DNA from: a virus
Lineage: Duplodnaviria; Caudoviricetes
Direction: 5' to 3' (one strand)
Virus record (IMG/VR): IMGVR_UViG_3300013285_000063
Coordinates: 1-26,619 of that record
Length of the DNA stretch: 26,619 nucleotides
Below are positions 8,870 through 19,506 of this stretch, piece by piece. The notes under the pieces are model-generated. The model was not told the origin of the DNA. It saw only the letters and a list, made by a program, of their open reading frames with translations, and did no database searches. A program made the translations under genes and the position numbers. Each line of letters begins with the position of its first letter. Position 1 is the stretch's first letter.

Positions 8870-10234
8870 ATGGCAATCATATTCCCTTCATCTCCCTATT
8901 CAGGCCAATCAGTAACTGTTGGTAGTAAAACTTGGGTGTGGACCGGATATTATTGGGCAAAAAGTGCAACGATCGGTGGAGGAGCTGAATTAGCAGTGTT
9001 TCCAGCACTAGTAGGAAATAATGGTAAATTTCTCACCACAAATGGTACAAATACTAGCTGGGCAAATATAATTATACCACCAGCATTACCAACCCAAACT
9101 GGAAATAATGGTAGATTTCTTACTACAGACGGTACAACTAGTAGTTGGGGAAACGTAATTATACCAGCAGTATCTGCCGCTGCGGTAAGTGATCAAACTA
9201 ACACAAGTACTGGTTACCTCGGAATACCTACTGGTAATACTGCGCAACGACCAGGATCACCTGCTAATGGGGCATCGCGCATCAATAGTCAAACAAATTA
9301 CTTTGAAACTTATTATAACAGTTCTTGGTTTAACTTGGCATACTTGGGAGTATATACAGCAACTGGTGGAACAGTCACTTACAGCGGGAATTATAAAATA
9401 CACACTTTCCTTACATCTAGTACACTAAACATAATAGATGCTCCACCTGCAGCAACAATTGAATATTTGGTTATTGCTGGTGGAGGTGGAGGTGGTTCCG
9501 ATATGGGTGGTGGTGGAGGAGCTGGTGGATATTTAACTGCTTCTTCTATTTTCGTGTCCGGATCATACACCATAACTGTTGGTAGTGGTGGTCCTGGTGG
9601 CCCATCCGGCATAGGATCAGTACGAGGAACTAATGGTGATAATAGTACTGTTGTTAAAGCTGGAACACCTTCTATTATAGCAATTGGCGGAGGTGGAGGT
9701 GCATCAGAATATTCAACTAACAGTTCTCCTGCTGGTTCTGGTGGTAGTGGAGGTGGTACTGCTGGTGGTTCTTCTACGACATTTGGAACTGGAACAGTAG
9801 GTCAAGGATATGCTGGTGGAACTAATACTGCAGGCAACTACTATCCTACCGGTGGTGGTGGTGCTGGTGGTCCTGGTACTCAGAACCCCGCCAACGGAGG
9901 AATTGGTTTAGCCAATTCAATATTAGGTGTTAGCTATTATTGGGCAGGTGGTGGTGGCGGAGCAGGCTATTCTAGTACATCAGGTAATGGGGGTATTGGC
10001 GGCGGCGGCGGCGGCGCACCTAAAGTTAGTGGTGGTGGTTTAGGTGGCGGGTCTGCTCTTAATCCAGGATTGGATGCTACTGTTGGAACATTAGCATCTC
10101 AAACAAATGTCCCTGGTGGTAATGGTGGAACCAATACTGGCGGTGGCGGCGGCGGCGGCGCTCATTATAATTCAAATAATTATGGTGGTACTGGCGGCAG
10201 TGGCATAGTAATAATTAGATATAGGTATCAATAA
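8870..10234 (+). CDS. Glycine-rich domain tail-fibre-like protein, RYRYQ form (454 aa)
   Basis: FPSSP module, two GNNGxFLTTxG repeats, GNTAQRP motif, ATGGTVTYSGNYKIHTF, IEYLVIAGGGGGG; ends GSGIVIIRYRYQ. Confidence 0.85.
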   Translation: MAIIFPSSPYSGQSVTVGSKTWVWTGYYWAKSATIGGGAELAVFPALVGNNGKFLTTNGTNTSWANIIIPPALPTQTGNNGRFLTTDGTTSSWGNVIIPAVSAAAVSDQTNTSTGYLGIPTGNTAQRPGSPANGASRINSQTNYFETYYNSSWFNLAYLGVYTATGGTVTYSGNYKIHTFLTSSTLNIIDAPPAATIEYLVIAGGGGGGSDMGGGGGAGGYLTASSIFVSGSYTITVGSGGPGGPSGIGSVRGTNGDNSTVVKAGTPSIIAIGGGGGASEYSTNSSPAGSGGSGGGTAGGSSTTFGTGTVGQGYAGGTNTAGNYYPTGGGGAGGPGTQNPANGGIGLANSILGVSYYWAGGGGGAGYSSTSGNGGIGGGGGGAPKVSGGGLGGGSALNPGLDATVGTLASQTNVPGGNGGTNTGGGGGGGAHYNSNNYGGTGGSGIVIIRYRYQ

Positions 10235-10282
10235 AATGGCATTATCATTTCCAAGCAGTCCTACAGTAAATCAAACTACTAC
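10218..10282 (+). repeat. Gene-junction repeat copy 2; 65 nt identical to 18300-18364
   Basis: gatataggtatcaataaaatggcattatcatttccaagcagtcctacagtaaatcaaactactac is present at both loci and spans a stop codon and the next start. Confidence 0.9.
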
Positions 10283-11528
10283 CACTGGCGGTCAAACCTG
10301 GGCCTGGAATGGTACTAATTGGTATGTTGCGAGTTCAGGTGGCGGTGGGGCAAGTGTAACTGTAGCTAATTCTGCTCCCGCTAGTCCAACAGATGGTTCA
10401 TTATGGTTGAATAGCGATTCAGGCGTGTTCTCTGTATTCTACAATACATCAAATGTATGGCTAGGATTCGTCGGCGGCGGAAGTAGCGGCGGAACTTCAT
10501 TGCCATCATTTACTGGTAATACTGGAAAATTTCTTACCAATGACGGAGTTTATTCAAGTTGGGGTAATGTCACGGTTACAGCAGCAGCAGTAAGTGATCA
10601 ACTAAACACTAGCACTGGGTATTTTTCATTGCCTGCTGGTAATACTGCACAAAGACCAGGAACTACTATTGTAGGTATGACTCGTTGGAATACTACTGCA
10701 AATGTTGCTGAAATGTGGACTGGCGGCACATGGTATGCATTTGTAACATCAAATTATTCAATTGATTATTTGATTGTAGGGGGTGGCGGCGGCGGCGGCA
10801 GTTCAAGCAGTAGTAATGGTGGTGGTGGAGGAGGAGGCGCTGGTGGATTTAGTACATTTACTGGATATAGTGTACCTTCTGGAACTACTATTATAATTAC
10901 GGTAGGAGCTGGTGGCCCTGCTGGTGCGACAGGATCTGCTGCAGCCGGAACTAATGGTAGTAATTCTACTTTTGCAGCTATAACTGCTATCGGTGGCGGG
11001 GGTGGGGGTAATGGTGCTGGTAGTGGGGCTGGATTAGTAGGTGGGTCAGGTGGCGGTGGCGGTTGGTCTTCTGGTGCAGGTGCAGCCGCATCATCAAGTG
11101 GCGCTCAAGGATTTGCAGGAGGAAACGCAGGGCAACCAAATGGTGGCGGCGGAGGAGGCGCAGGTGGAGTTGGATTAAATAATGGAGCACTTGGTGGAGG
11201 TATTGGTGCGAATTCATCAATATCTGGAACTAGTATAACTTATGCTGGGGGTGGTTCTGGAGGCGGTGGTGGTGCAGCATCACTTGGTGGTGGCGGTAGC
11301 TTCAATGGTTCAGTGGGTTTACCAGGTACAGTAAATACTGGTGGCGGAGGCGCTGGTGGATATTCGGCAGGAGCTGCTGGCGCAGGTGGATCAGGGATAG
11401 TAATACTTCGTTATCTTGCAAACTACAATGCAGCATCAGCAACGACCGGATCTCCTACTGTAACGATAACGAACGGATACCGAATTTATACATGGTCTAC
11501 TACTGGATCAGGTTCAATCACTTTTTAA
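10236..11528 (+). CDS. Glycine-rich domain tail-fibre-like protein, C-terminal-extension (SITF) form (430 aa)
   Basis: FPSSP module, APASPTDGSLW, GNTAQRP, IDYLIVGGGGGGG; ends GIVILRY...TTGSPTVTITNGYRIYTWSTTGSGSITF. Confidence 0.85.
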   Translation: MALSFPSSPTVNQTTTTGGQTWAWNGTNWYVASSGGGGASVTVANSAPASPTDGSLWLNSDSGVFSVFYNTSNVWLGFVGGGSSGGTSLPSFTGNTGKFLTNDGVYSSWGNVTVTAAAVSDQLNTSTGYFSLPAGNTAQRPGTTIVGMTRWNTTANVAEMWTGGTWYAFVTSNYSIDYLIVGGGGGGGSSSSSNGGGGGGGAGGFSTFTGYSVPSGTTIIITVGAGGPAGATGSAAAGTNGSNSTFAAITAIGGGGGGNGAGSGAGLVGGSGGGGGWSSGAGAAASSSGAQGFAGGNAGQPNGGGGGGAGGVGLNNGALGGGIGANSSISGTSITYAGGGSGGGGGAASLGGGGSFNGSVGLPGTVNTGGGGAGGYSAGAAGAGGSGIVILRYLANYNAASATTGSPTVTITNGYRIYTWSTTGSGSITF

Positions 11529-11564
11529 CATAAAAGTATGATACAACCAGAAAAATAGCACTAG

Positions 11565-11585
11565 ATAAATAAGTAATACAAGGAA
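11565..11585 (+). promoter_or_regulatory. Putative late promoter box ATAAATA plus Shine-Dalgarno-like AAGGA
   Basis: ATAAATA at 11565-11571 and AAGGA at 11580-11584, ahead of ATG 11592. Confidence 0.55.
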
Positions 11586-11591
11586 TTATAC

Positions 11592-14500
11592 ATGTCTTTT
11601 CCCAGCTCGCCGAGTAATGGTAATATATCTATTGTTAACAATATAACTTATCAATATGATAGTTCTATCGGTGCCTGGACTCGCGTACCCGGAACTATAA
11701 ATCAACTAGTTGCAAATACAGTAACTGCTACTTCATTCGTAGGACCATTAACTACTGCAGCACAACCAAATATTACTTCTGTCGGTACTTTAACATCTCT
11801 ACGAGTTACCGGTAATACTACAATTACTGGTAATCTAGTTATTCAGGGTAATACTATTACTATAGGATCAGAAAATTATACTGTTACTGATAGTATTATT
11901 GATCTACATACATTTGCTAATCTAGCTCCATTATCAGCCGATGACGGCAGAGATATCGGTATCAAATTCCACTATTATAAAAGTAGCGATAATCATGCAT
12001 TCCTCGGATGGGCAAATGATAGTGGATCACTTGAATATTATGCAAGTGGCGATGATGTTAATGGTGTATTCACTGGTACTGCATATGGTAATATTAAAGC
12101 CGCATCATATCAATCAACTGCTGTTACTGGTACTGCACCATTCACGGTTAGGTCTACAACTACAGTAGCAAATTTAGCAGCAGCTACTGCTGGAACAGTA
12201 ACTACTGCAGCACAACCAAATATTACTTCAGTCGGTACACTATCTAGTGTAGCAGTAACTGGTAATGTAACGGCTGGTGCTGTATATACAAATAACTATT
12301 TCTATTCAAATGGTACTCCGTATTCCAATACAGGCCCTGCAGGATCTAATGGAGCTACTGGTATACAAGGTAATATTGGTGCAACAGGTGCTACAGGCAT
12401 TCAAGGTAATATTGGTGCAACAGGTGCTACAGGCATTCAAGGTAATATTGGTGCAACAGGTGCTACTGGTATACAAGGTAATATTGGTGCAACAGGTGCT
12501 ACAGGCATTCAAGGTAATATTGGTGCAACAGGTGCTACTGGTATACAAGGTAATATTGGTGCAACAGGTGCTACTGGAACATTTTCTGGTAATACTACCC
12601 AGCAAATAATAACATCAAATGCTATTGCATCATCAAATACTACTTCTGGTGCATTAATAGTAGCCGGTGGTGCAGGTATAGCTGGCAATTTATATGTAGG
12701 TGGCTTACTCAATGTCACGACCAATTCTTACATGAATGGTTCGCCACTATTAAATGCAGTAAATTTAGCTGACTATTCCACCTCATCAATAGCTGGTGCT
12801 GATATACTAATTACAACAGGTTCAGCACCACCTACAGGTCAACAAGCATATACTTCAGCAGGAACTTATACTTGGACAGCACCAGTAGGGGTAACTAGCG
12901 TTAGTGTAGTAGCAGTCGGTGGCGGCGGCTGCGCGTATCTACTCGGCACCTCCAGTGGCGGCGGCGGCGGCGGCGGCGGCCTAGGGTGGAAAAACAATAT
13001 TACTGTTGTCCCTGGACAGTCATACACTGTTGTTGTTGGTGCAGGTGCAGCTACAGATTCACGAGGTCCAGGGTCAGATAGTTATTTCATATCAACCGGT
13101 ACTGTAGCTGGTTACGGTGGTGGAGGCTCCCCAGGTGGCGTTGTTGGAGTAGGAGGCACTGGTGGAGGCTATGTTGGTGACGGTGGAGGATCTGGTGGCT
13201 CCGGTGGAGGATCTAACGCAAGTTACTTAGGCGGAGGCGCAGGCGCTGGTGGATATTCTGGTAATGGCGGTGGCGGTGGCTATCAAAATAATGGTGGTGG
13301 TGGTGGCACTGCTGGTAATGGCGGCGGTGGCGGTGGCGGCGCTGGTGCGTATAAAAGTGGTAACTTCGTTGCTGGCGGCGGCGGCGGCGTAGGTATATAT
13401 GGACAAGGTACTAGTGGAGCAGCTACACCAAATCCTGGGACAACTAATAATGTTGGAACACCTGGATATGGAGGTAGTGGCGGTGATAACGCATCAAATC
13501 CTTATCCGGGCGCGTATGGCGGTGGTGGAGCACCTTTCTACAATGCTGCTGTTGGCGGTGCTGGCGGTGCTGTACGCATAATTTGGGGAGCAAGTAGAGC
13601 ATTCCCATCAACTCTCACTGCTGACCAACGCCTGACCAATGTTAATTCAATCGTCATAGCTGACACTAGTACATTACAAACAGTAACTAGCCGTAATAAT
13701 GTCACTAACACTTCTATCACTATATCAAATAGTACAACCTCTACTTCTACCACATCAGGTGCATTAATAGTTACAGGTGGCGTTGGAGTTGCAGGAAATA
13801 TAACTGCTACTTCTGTATATTCCGGTAGCTATTTCTATTCAAATGGAACTCCTTACTATAATACTGGACCCGCAGGTGCTACAGGCATTCAAGGTAATGT
13901 TGGTTCTACTGGTGCTACTGGTATACAAGGTAATATTGGTGCAACAGGTGCTACAGGCATTCAAGGTAATATTGGTGCAACAGGTGCTACAGGCATTCAA
14001 GGTAATGTTGGTTCTACTGGTGCTACAGGCATTCAAGGTAATGTTGGTTCTACTGGTGCTACTGGTATACAAGGTAATATTGGTGCAACAGGTGCTACAG
14101 GCATTCAAGGTAATGTTGGTTCTACTGGTGCTACAGGCATTCAAGGTAATGTTGGTTCTACTGGTGCTACAGGTATACAAGGTAATATTGGTGCAACAGG
14201 TGCTACAGGCATTCAAGGTAATGTTGGTTCTACTGGTGCTACAGGTATACAAGGAAATGTTGGTTCTACTGGTGCTACAGGCATTCAAGGTAATGTTGGT
14301 TCTACTGGTGCTACAGGTATACAAGGAAATGTTGGTTCTACTGGTGCTACAGGCATTCAAGGTAATGTTGGTTCTACTGGTGCTACTGGAACATTTTCTG
14401 GTAATACTACCCAGCAAATAATAACATCAAATGCTATTGCATCATCAAATACTACTTCTGGTGCATTGATAGTAACTGGTGGTTTCGGTATCGGCGGAGC

Positions 14501-17069
14501 AATAAATTCATATGATACTATATCGGCTAGACTAGGATTGGCAGTAGGAACTCCATCTACTGTTGTTAATAATAATAAAAGTTTGTTTTTTTCTGGGTCT
14601 AGTAGTTTTGCTGGATATGCAATTAGTACTACCAACTCAATATATAATATAGCGGCAGGCCAAGATTTCACCGTTGAATTATGGGCTAGACCTTCTATAA
14701 CTGGTAGTTACTATATATTAAATTATGGTGCATATAGACAAGCATATGATAATGATCTGGGATATCAGATAACAAATTCAGGTGGAGTGATTTTTGTAGG
14801 TGCTACTAGTTATTCAGTTTCCTATCCAGGTGCCGCAACTCTTACTCTTAATCAGTGGTCACATATTGCATTAGTAAGATATAATAATAATTTAACCATT
14901 TATTTAAATGGAGTGGCTGGGACTACAGTTTCAGTATCGGGTGCAATATCACCATCTCAACAAAGACCAGATTTGTCAGGTCCAAATGGTATGTGGTTGG
15001 GTATCAATATATCTAATTGGACAGTTAATTCTTACACTTATTATCAAGGATACATCAGTAATGTTAGGTTAGTTAGAGGTACAGCAGTATATACTGCAAA
15101 TTTTGCACAGCCTGCTATTGCACCAGGTATAATCACAAACACTCAATTATTAGTAGCGCATAGCGTGACCCCGTTTGTTGACGAATCATCAAATGCATTT
15201 ACTTATACAGTGCAAAGCGGTAGTGTTGTTTCATCAAGCACCGTTCCGCTATCTGATAGCGGATCAGGTGTTACCTGGAATTATGATGGGTTATTATCTT
15301 GGACTACTACTAACCCTATAAAAGTACAAAGTGCAACAGCATCAACTTCAAATACTACCGGTGCATTAATAGTATCTGGCGGTATCGGAGTTGCAGGTAA
15401 TGTAATTACTAACGCAGTATATTCCGGTAGCTATTTCTATTCAAATGGTACACCATATTACAATACAGGACCAGTTGGTGCAACAGGTTCTACAGGCATT
15501 CAAGGTAATATTGGTGCAACAGGTGCTACAGGCATTCAAGGTAATGTTGGTGCAACAGGTGCTACAGGCATTCAAGGTAATGTTGGTCCTACAGGCATTC
15601 AAGGTAATGTTGGTCCTACAGGCATTCAAGGTAATGTTGGTTCTACTGGTGCAACAGGTATAGGTACTGCTGGTGCTACCGGCTTACAAGGAGCTACTGG
15701 TCCTGCAGGTGCTGGCGGCGGTGGATCAGCTAATATCATAGTTCAGGACGAAGGTAGTACCTTAACTAGTGCATTATATAGTATTAACTTTGTTGGTTCT
15801 GCTGTAACTGCAACAACATCCGGTAGTAATGTAACAGTAACGGTTTCAGGGACTGGTGCTACTGGTATTCAAGGTGCAACAGGTCCTGCAGGTTCTGGTG
15901 GGGGTGGATCAGCTAATATCATAGTTCAGGACGAAGGTAGTACCTTAACTAGTGCATTGTCTAGTATTAATTTTGTTGGTACTGCTGTAACTGCAACAAC
16001 ATCCGGTAGTAATGTAACAGTAACAATTACAGGGTCTGGTACAACTTCAATCACTGCAGGTAATATCAACGGTGGAACAACTTCAAGCTTTGCGCAGACA
16101 TTTACGGGCGATGCTTCACGAAAAATATTCAACTTTGGCGGGTATGGCGGCATATTAGATGCAACTCAGTTAATTGTTTTTGTAGACGGCATTTATCAAA
16201 CACCAAATACAAACTTCACTGCCAATACAAGTTGGCTAATATTTGATACAGCACCCTCCATCGGATCAGAAATAACAGTACAAGCTGCTAGTGCTGGCTA
16301 TTCCGGAGTTGCAACACCATTAATCAATCAATTGTTTACTGCAAATGGCTCTCAAACATCATTCACTTTAAGCGATTATGTAACAGCAACCGATATTCTA
16401 GTAACAGTTGATACTGTTATTCAAGCACCCGTAACAAATTACAACATAAATGGTCTAAGTTTAGTATTTACTTCGGCCCCTACTGTCAGTTCTATTGTTG
16501 GTGTTCGTAGTTTTGGTAATTGGAGTTCAAGAGACGGCTTTGTAAATAGATTCACTGGCAATGGTGTTGCTACTTCATATACTTTAACTGGTTATGCGGT
16601 AAGTAGTCGCAGTATGATGGTGTTTGTTGATGGTATCTATCAAATACCTGATGTAGACTTCACTATAGCTGGTACATTATTAACATTCACTGGCGCACCT
16701 GATGTTTCGTCTGATATTACTATTCAAAGTTTCAATAATACATTGGGTACAAATGCTTTAGTAGCTGACCCATCTGGTATTACAGTTGCCAATGTAGCTT
16801 ATAGTATAGATAGTTTTAGTACATCAACTTACCGAACTGCCAAATATATTATATCTGTTACAGGAGCAACAAGTTATCAAGCAACTGAAGCAATGCTAGT
16901 ACATGATGGTGTCACTCCTCAACTAGTAACTTATGCCACAGTTTACACCGGAACGGCGCAAATAATGTCATTTAGTGCCAATATTTCATCAAATACGGTG
17001 AATATTTATGGTACTGGTGTTGGTACTGTAAATACAGTTAAAATACACCGAACCTACGTGAAAGTTTAA
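11592..17069 (+). CDS. Long collagen-like tail fibre/virion structural protein with embedded glycine-rich and LamG domains (1825 aa)
   Basis: FPSSP module and [14 protein letters not shown] twice; three Gly-X-Y blocks; glycine-rich domain ~12837-13613; LamG domain (FTVELW...WSHIALVR...[11 protein letters not shown]) ~14580-15200; three FTxxG..F..V.VD...Q.P..AP repeats; C-terminal [13 protein letters not shown]...EAMLVHDG domain of the type seen in T4-like cyanophage structural proteins. Confidence 0.85.
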   Translation: MSFPSSPSNGNISIVNNITYQYDSSIGAWTRVPGTINQLVANTVTATSFVGPLTTAAQPNITSVGTLTSLRVTGNTTITGNLVIQGNTITIGSENYTVTDSIIDLHTFANLAPLSADDGRDIGIKFHYYKSSDNHAFLGWANDSGSLEYYASGDDVNGVFTGTAYGNIKAASYQSTAVTGTAPFTVRSTTTVANLAAATAGTVTTAAQPNITSVGTLSSVAVTGNVTAGAVYTNNYFYSNGTPYSNTGPAGSNGATGIQGNIGATGATGIQGNIGATGATGIQGNIGATGATGIQGNIGATGATGIQGNIGATGATGIQGNIGATGATGTFSGNTTQQIITSNAIASSNTTSGALIVAGGAGIAGNLYVGGLLNVTTNSYMNGSPLLNAVNLADYSTSSIAGADILITTGSAPPTGQQAYTSAGTYTWTAPVGVTSVSVVAVGGGGCAYLLGTSSGGGGGGGGLGWKNNITVVPGQSYTVVVGAGAATDSRGPGSDSYFISTGTVAGYGGGGSPGGVVGVGGTGGGYVGDGGGSGGSGGGSNASYLGGGAGAGGYSGNGGGGGYQNNGGGGGTAGNGGGGGGGAGAYKSGNFVAGGGGGVGIYGQGTSGAATPNPGTTNNVGTPGYGGSGGDNASNPYPGAYGGGGAPFYNAAVGGAGGAVRIIWGASRAFPSTLTADQRLTNVNSIVIADTSTLQTVTSRNNVTNTSITISNSTTSTSTTSGALIVTGGVGVAGNITATSVYSGSYFYSNGTPYYNTGPAGATGIQGNVGSTGATGIQGNIGATGATGIQGNIGATGATGIQGNVGSTGATGIQGNVGSTGATGIQGNIGATGATGIQGNVGSTGATGIQGNVGSTGATGIQGNIGATGATGIQGNVGSTGATGIQGNVGSTGATGIQGNVGSTGATGIQGNVGSTGATGIQGNVGSTGATGTFSGNTTQQIITSNAIASSNTTSGALIVTGGFGIGGAINSYDTISARLGLAVGTPSTVVNNNKSLFFSGSSSFAGYAISTTNSIYNIAAGQDFTVELWARPSITGSYYILNYGAYRQAYDNDLGYQITNSGGVIFVGATSYSVSYPGAATLTLNQWSHIALVRYNNNLTIYLNGVAGTTVSVSGAISPSQQRPDLSGPNGMWLGINISNWTVNSYTYYQGYISNVRLVRGTAVYTANFAQPAIAPGIITNTQLLVAHSVTPFVDESSNAFTYTVQSGSVVSSSTVPLSDSGSGVTWNYDGLLSWTTTNPIKVQSATASTSNTTGALIVSGGIGVAGNVITNAVYSGSYFYSNGTPYYNTGPVGATGSTGIQGNIGATGATGIQGNVGATGATGIQGNVGPTGIQGNVGPTGIQGNVGSTGATGIGTAGATGLQGATGPAGAGGGGSANIIVQDEGSTLTSALYSINFVGSAVTATTSGSNVTVTVSGTGATGIQGATGPAGSGGGGSANIIVQDEGSTLTSALSSINFVGTAVTATTSGSNVTVTITGSGTTSITAGNINGGTTSSFAQTFTGDASRKIFNFGGYGGILDATQLIVFVDGIYQTPNTNFTANTSWLIFDTAPSIGSEITVQAASAGYSGVATPLINQLFTANGSQTSFTLSDYVTATDILVTVDTVIQAPVTNYNINGLSLVFTSAPTVSSIVGVRSFGNWSSRDGFVNRFTGNGVATSYTLTGYAVSSRSMMVFVDGIYQIPDVDFTIAGTLLTFTGAPDVSSDITIQSFNNTLGTNALVADPSGITVANVAYSIDSFSTSTYRTAKYIISVTGATSYQATEAMLVHDGVTPQLVTYATVYTGTAQIMSFSANISSNTVNIYGTGVGTVNTVKIHRTYVKV
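12360..12575 (+). repeat. Collagen-like tandem repeat, 6 x 36 nt ([12 protein letters not shown])
   Basis: Counted directly from the sequence and translation. Confidence 0.95.
13884..14387 (+). repeat. Collagen-like tandem repeat, 14 x 36 nt (GIQGN[I/V]G[A/S]TGAT)
   Basis: Counted directly. Two unit variants (NIGAT and NVGST) are interspersed. Confidence 0.95.
15468..15712 (+). repeat. Third, more degenerate collagen-like block, including 27-nt GIQGNVGPT units
   Basis: Continuous Gly-X-Y from GPVGAT to GPAGAG using the same codons as the earlier blocks. Confidence 0.85.
15721..16025 (+). repeat. Direct duplication, 183-nt period ([38 protein letters not shown] x2)
   Basis: Near-identical DNA starting at 15721 and 15904. 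Confidence 0.9.
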
Positions 17070-17074
17070 TCTAG

Positions 17075-18316
17075 ATGCCAATCAAAAAATTTAATGCGAA
17101 CAGTGTAGCTGGTGGATTAGTAAGTGGAGCGACAGTATCGTCCTCTGCACCAGCCGCACCTTCAAATGGAGCATTATGGTTGAACAGTTCTACTGGTACT
17201 TTGCTTACTTATTATGATAGTGGTACTAACACTCAATGGTTACAACCTGTAGGTCCGGCGGGTCCGGCGGGTCCGGCGGGTCCGGCGGGTCCGGCGGGTG
17301 CTACTGGGACTAGTGCCACTGCTGGTGTGTTAACAGTAGGTAATACTGCACAACGCCCTGTTGTTCCTGTTACAGGAACGATGCGAGTTAATAGTGAAAC
17401 AAATTATGTTGAAGTCTATTACAATACTAATTGGTTTAATCTGACTTATATTGGTGTGTTTGCAGCAACAGGTGGAACTATAACTACATCTGGTAATTAT
17501 AAATATCATACATTCTTATCTTCTGGCGCGTTTACAGTTACTGCATCACCAGTGGGTGGCACAATTTCAATATTAGCTGTCGCTGGTGGCGGTGCAGGTG
17601 GATTTGATGTGGGTGGCGGCGGCGGAGCCGGAGGTGCTATATACAATAGCACATTTACTGCAGCAACTGGGGCTATCACGATAGTAATCGGAGGTGGCGG
17701 AACAGCTGGGGGTTCCGCAAATGTTCCTGGGGCTAATGGATCAAATACAACAATGACCGGCGCAGGTATAGTAACACAAACTGCTATTGGCGGTGGGGGT
17801 GGTGGTTCTTGGACTGGAGTTGGTGGTTCTGCTGGAGGATCTGGTGGTGGAGGCGCATCTAACACAACATCTATTGCATTGGGTACAGTTGGTCAGGGAT
17901 ATAATGGTGGGGCAGGTGCTGGGAATAGTGGAAGCGGAAACGATTATGCAGGTACTTCTGGCGGCGGCGGTGCTGGAGGTGCTGGAGGTAACGGATCATC
18001 TACTGCGTTCGGCGCAAATAGTGCAGTATATGCATATGGTGGAGTAGGACTTGCTGATTCTGCATTAGGTGGATTACTAGCAGCTACCAGTTCCGGAGTT
18101 AGTTCAGGTGGAGTATATTATATAGCTGGCGGCGGCGGCGGCAATAGTAATTCAAACATTAACTATGGAACTGGTGGCAAAGGTGGCGGCGGATATTACG
18201 GGTACTCTTCCGCTCCAGTAAACACGGGCGGTGGCGGTGGTGGCGGCGGAGTAACTCCTGAGTCAGGTGGATTAGGTGGATCAGGCTTAGTAATAATCGG
18301 ATATAGGTATCAATAA
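17075..18316 (+). CDS. Glycine-rich domain tail-fibre-like protein, RYRYQ form (413 aa)
   Basis: APAAPSNGALW, (GPA)5, GNTAQRP, ATGGTITTSGNYKYHTF, ISILAVAGGG; ends GSGLVIIGYRYQ. Confidence 0.85.
   Translation: MPIKKFNANSVAGGLVSGATVSSSAPAAPSNGALWLNSSTGTLLTYYDSGTNTQWLQPVGPAGPAGPAGPAGPAGATGTSATAGVLTVGNTAQRPVVPVTGTMRVNSETNYVEVYYNTNWFNLTYIGVFAATGGTITTSGNYKYHTFLSSGAFTVTASPVGGTISILAVAGGGAGGFDVGGGGGAGGAIYNSTFTAATGAITIVIGGGGTAGGSANVPGANGSNTTMTGAGIVTQTAIGGGGGGSWTGVGGSAGGSGGGGASNTTSIALGTVGQGYNGGAGAGNSGSGNDYAGTSGGGGAGGAGGNGSSTAFGANSAVYAYGGVGLADSALGGLLAATSSGVSSGGVYYIAGGGGGNSNSNINYGTGGKGGGGYYGYSSAPVNTGGGGGGGGVTPESGGLGGSGLVIIGYRYQ
17252..17296 (+). repeat. Perfect 9-nt tandem repeat (ggtccggcg)5 encoding (GPA)5
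   Basis: Read directly from the sequence. Confidence 0.95.
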
Positions 18317-18364
18317 AATGGCATTATCATTTCCAAGCAGTCCTACAGTAAATCAAACTACTAC
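18300..18364 (+). repeat. Gene-junction repeat copy 3; 65 nt identical to 10218-10282
   Basis: Direct comparison of the two loci. Confidence 0.9.
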
Positions 18365-19499
18365 AACAGGTGGTCAAACCTGGACCTGGAATGGTGCATC
18401 TTGGCTTAGTGGTGGGTCTTCCGCGGCAGCTACTACAGTTAGCACTACTGCTCCAACTTCTCCAGTTGAAGGCCAAATGTGGTACGATACAACTGATGGT
18501 ACTTTGCTTATTAGAACAGGTAATGTTTGGTTAGAGTCAGTCGTTACTACGGCAGGTCCAACTGGTGCTTCTGCTAATCCATTGCCCAGTGGTAATACTG
18601 CACAACGGCCTAGTCCTCCCACAGTAGGTAATATGAGAATCAACAGTGATACTAACTATGTTGAAGTCTATTACAATACTAATTGGTTTAATTTAACTTA
18701 CATTGGATTGTTTACTGCTACTAGTGCAAATGCAACAGTTACATACAGTGGCAATTATGCTATTCATACTTTCTTAACCAGTGGAACTTTCACTCCTACA
18801 TCAGTACCAGTTGGTGGGACTATTGATTATCTGGTAGTTGGCGGCGGTGGCGGCGGTGGATATAATGGCACTGGTGCTGGTGGTCCTGGTGGTGGTGGTG
18901 CTGGAGGATTAATTTACGCAACAATCCAAGCTATACCAGCGGGTAGTTATGTAATTACGGTAGGTGCTGGCGGTGCAGCAAAAGTAGGTACTGGTACTGG
19001 AATGGTAGGAAATCCAGGAATTAACTCAATTATATCTGGTTCGGGAATCACAACTATTACTGCGATAGGTGGCGGATATGGTTCAGGAGCTGGACAAGGC
19101 TCGGGTGGTAATGGTGGATCTGGTGGTGGTGGTAATAGTAGCGGTGCTGGTGGTGCAGGTACTGCTGGGCAAGGTAATAATGGTGGTGCAGGTGATGGTG
19201 GTGGTGGTGGTGGAGCAGGCGCGGTAGGTGGTGGCGGTGGCGGCGCTGCTGCGGGCGGCGCAGGACTTCCATATGCAATATCGGGTTCTTCTGTTTATTA
19301 TGCCGGTGGTGGCGGAGGCTATAATAGTGGCCCTGCAGGTATCGGTGGTGGAACGGCTGGATATACAGGAACCAATGGACAAAGTACAAATGCTACAGCA
19401 AATACAGGAGGTGGCTCTGGTGCTAACTATGGTAATAGCGGTGGAACTGGTGGTTCCGGTGGTTCAGGAATAGTAATAATTAGATATAGGTATCAATAA
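18318..19499 (+). CDS. Glycine-rich domain tail-fibre-like protein, RYRYQ form (393 aa)
   Basis: FPSSP module, APTSPVEGQMW, GNTAQRP, TVTYSGNYAIHTF, IDYLVVGGGGGGG; ends GSGIVIIRYRYQ. Confidence 0.85.
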   Translation: MALSFPSSPTVNQTTTTGGQTWTWNGASWLSGGSSAAATTVSTTAPTSPVEGQMWYDTTDGTLLIRTGNVWLESVVTTAGPTGASANPLPSGNTAQRPSPPTVGNMRINSDTNYVEVYYNTNWFNLTYIGLFTATSANATVTYSGNYAIHTFLTSGTFTPTSVPVGGTIDYLVVGGGGGGGYNGTGAGGPGGGGAGGLIYATIQAIPAGSYVITVGAGGAAKVGTGTGMVGNPGINSIISGSGITTITAIGGGYGSGAGQGSGGNGGSGGGGNSSGAGGAGTAGQGNNGGAGDGGGGGGAGAVGGGGGGAAAGGAGLPYAISGSSVYYAGGGGGYNSGPAGIGGGTAGYTGTNGQSTNATANTGGGSGANYGNSGGTGGSGGSGIVIIRYRYQ

Positions 19500-19506
19500 A
19501 ATGGCA
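19470..19506 (+). repeat. Gene-junction repeat copy 4; 37 nt identical to 10205-10241
   Basis: atagtaataattagatataggtatcaataaaatggca is present at both loci. Confidence 0.9.

Noticed and set aside
12360-14387. 36-nt repeats as a possible CRISPR array
   Set aside because: The units are contiguous with no unique spacers and encode in-frame Gly-X-Y collagen. No cas genes are present.
7142-19506. Junction repeats as DGR template/variable repeats, integron attC sites or shufflon sites
   Set aside because: There is no reverse transcriptase, integrase or invertase in the window. I saw no adenine-specific mismatch pattern and no palindromic structure, and all copies are direct and within coding junctions.
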